A DNA stretch of 63,690 nt, counting the filler, from Olpidium bornovanus S191 (taxonomy: Eukaryota; Fungi; Olpidiomycota): NCBI GenBank assembly GCA_017911155.1. It is 26 parts of 26 records of this genome, joined end to end, with 100 filler letters (N's around TTAATTAATTAA, not from the genome) between each part and the next. Parts side by side here need not be neighbours in the genome. Positions count along the whole stretch, not along the records: positions 62,468 to 63,690 come from JAEFCI010009807.1; 25 more parts are not named here. One strand, 5' to 3'. Made by a program: the position numbers and the translations under genes. A model generated the notes under the pieces. That model ran no database searches. It was not told where the DNA came from and worked only from the letters and a program-made list of their open reading frames with translations. The first letter of the stretch is position 1. Every line of letters starts with the position of its first letter. Shown one piece after another: positions 62,737 through 63,690 of the stretch.

Positions 62737-63215
62737 CGGCCGGCTCGTGCAGGTAGCTAAGATTGGCCAAGTCGTCGATGCCCTCGAGAACCGGGGGGTT
62801 CTGCAGCGGCGGGAGGACGTCCGCGCCGGCGCCGCCCCCCTCCAGGGGGACGTCCACGGCGTGGGAACCGCCGCTCTCATCCGCAAAAGCCAGCTTGACG
62901 ACCCCGGCCGCCGGGTCGTCCCGCCGCCGCGTCAGCGTCCCGCCGATCCAGCCTTGGTGTTCATCTCGAAACCAGCACCTGGTGCCCTGGTCAAGGGGGG
63001 AGGGGAGGAAAGGGTCGGAGGGAGCTCCTGAGACTGAAGAACAAAAACTCACATCCCCCCCGCACCCCCGTCTCTTTTGGCCGCGGCTTCTCTCTTCCCA
63101 GTGCCCCTCCCTTCCCCCCGCAGGCAAGGCGGTAGAGGGCGAGGGCCCAGTCACGCACCTCCTGATAAGCTTCGAGGTCGCTTCTGATCTCTGCCGGTGC
63201 CGCTGTTGCACCCAT
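62737..63215 (-). CDS. MYO2: Class V myosin, 5' part (N-terminal SH3-like subdomain)
   Basis: MGATAAPAEIRSDLEAYQE|GTRCWFRDEHQGWIGGTLT..LPPLQNPPVLEGIDDLANLSYLHEPA|. Confidence 0.9.
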
Positions 63216-63690
63216 CAGCGAAAGAAAAAAGGAAAAGAAGTAGAAAAACGCTTATGTTGAATTCGGCCCCGTGTGTCGTAAGATGGGGCTGCGAAGAGGC
63301 GAGGCCCGCCCCCTATGTCGGCGGCAATCGGGTTTGGCAGATATTAAAAATTGTGCTGGTGATGGTGTGGGGCGTGGGGGAAGGAGGGGAAGGAAGGAAG
63401 AGGGGGGAGTGTATGATGATGGTTTGCCCGTGGTAACCTTGGGGGGGAAGTTAGATGATGGTTCGCTCAAGGTAATCTTTTCCTTTTTTTTTATCCGATG
63501 GCGTTGCACTAGACGAACTAAGATAGTGCAGATGTGGCGGTCGGTCCAACGCGAAGAGCCGACGGGCGGAGGGGGGGGGGATTCGGGCAGGGGGCCGTTG
63601 TGGGGAGGAGGAGAAGGAGGTGGGGGGGTGGGGGGGGGGGAATGGTAACAAGTTTCGTTGTTGCGGAACTGACTGGTACTGATAATGGCA

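Overview
This window is not continuous DNA. It is 26 short contigs (about 1-6 kb) joined by 25 identical 100-bp spacers (44 N + TTAATTAATTAA + 44 N, stops in all six frames), so gene order across spacers carries no meaning. The DNA is GC-rich, intron-rich and eukaryotic, with microsatellite- and homopolymer-laden introns. The proteins look fungal; an early-diverging (possibly zoosporic, Olpidium-like) fungus is my unverified guess. Recognisable spliced genes, mostly truncated: Osh3-type oxysterol-binding protein, Pmt1, Ran/Gsp1 (complete), a p24 protein, GTPBP1, a Hst3/Hst4 sirtuin, Cse1, GPR89/GPHR, an ankyrin-RCC1 (IBTK/Btb1-like) protein, GAPDH exon 1, Nat1/Naa15, a Nup188-like protein and myosin V. 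Mobile DNA: four Ty1/copia fragments (one with an open integrase frame and candidate PPT+LTR), a tyrosine-recombinase remnant and a probable gypsy integrase remnant. Best leads: (1) an intronless orphan ORF (5361-6176, minus) with RCKLYNK...TRFEITF motifs resembling Rep_trans rolling-circle initiators; (2) a 130-aa secreted Cys-containing orphan next to a copia remnant; (3) a perfect 32-bp hairpin with a candidate 6-bp target duplication; (4) about a third of contig ends fall at CATG. All identifications come from reading translations and remembered motifs; no searches were run.
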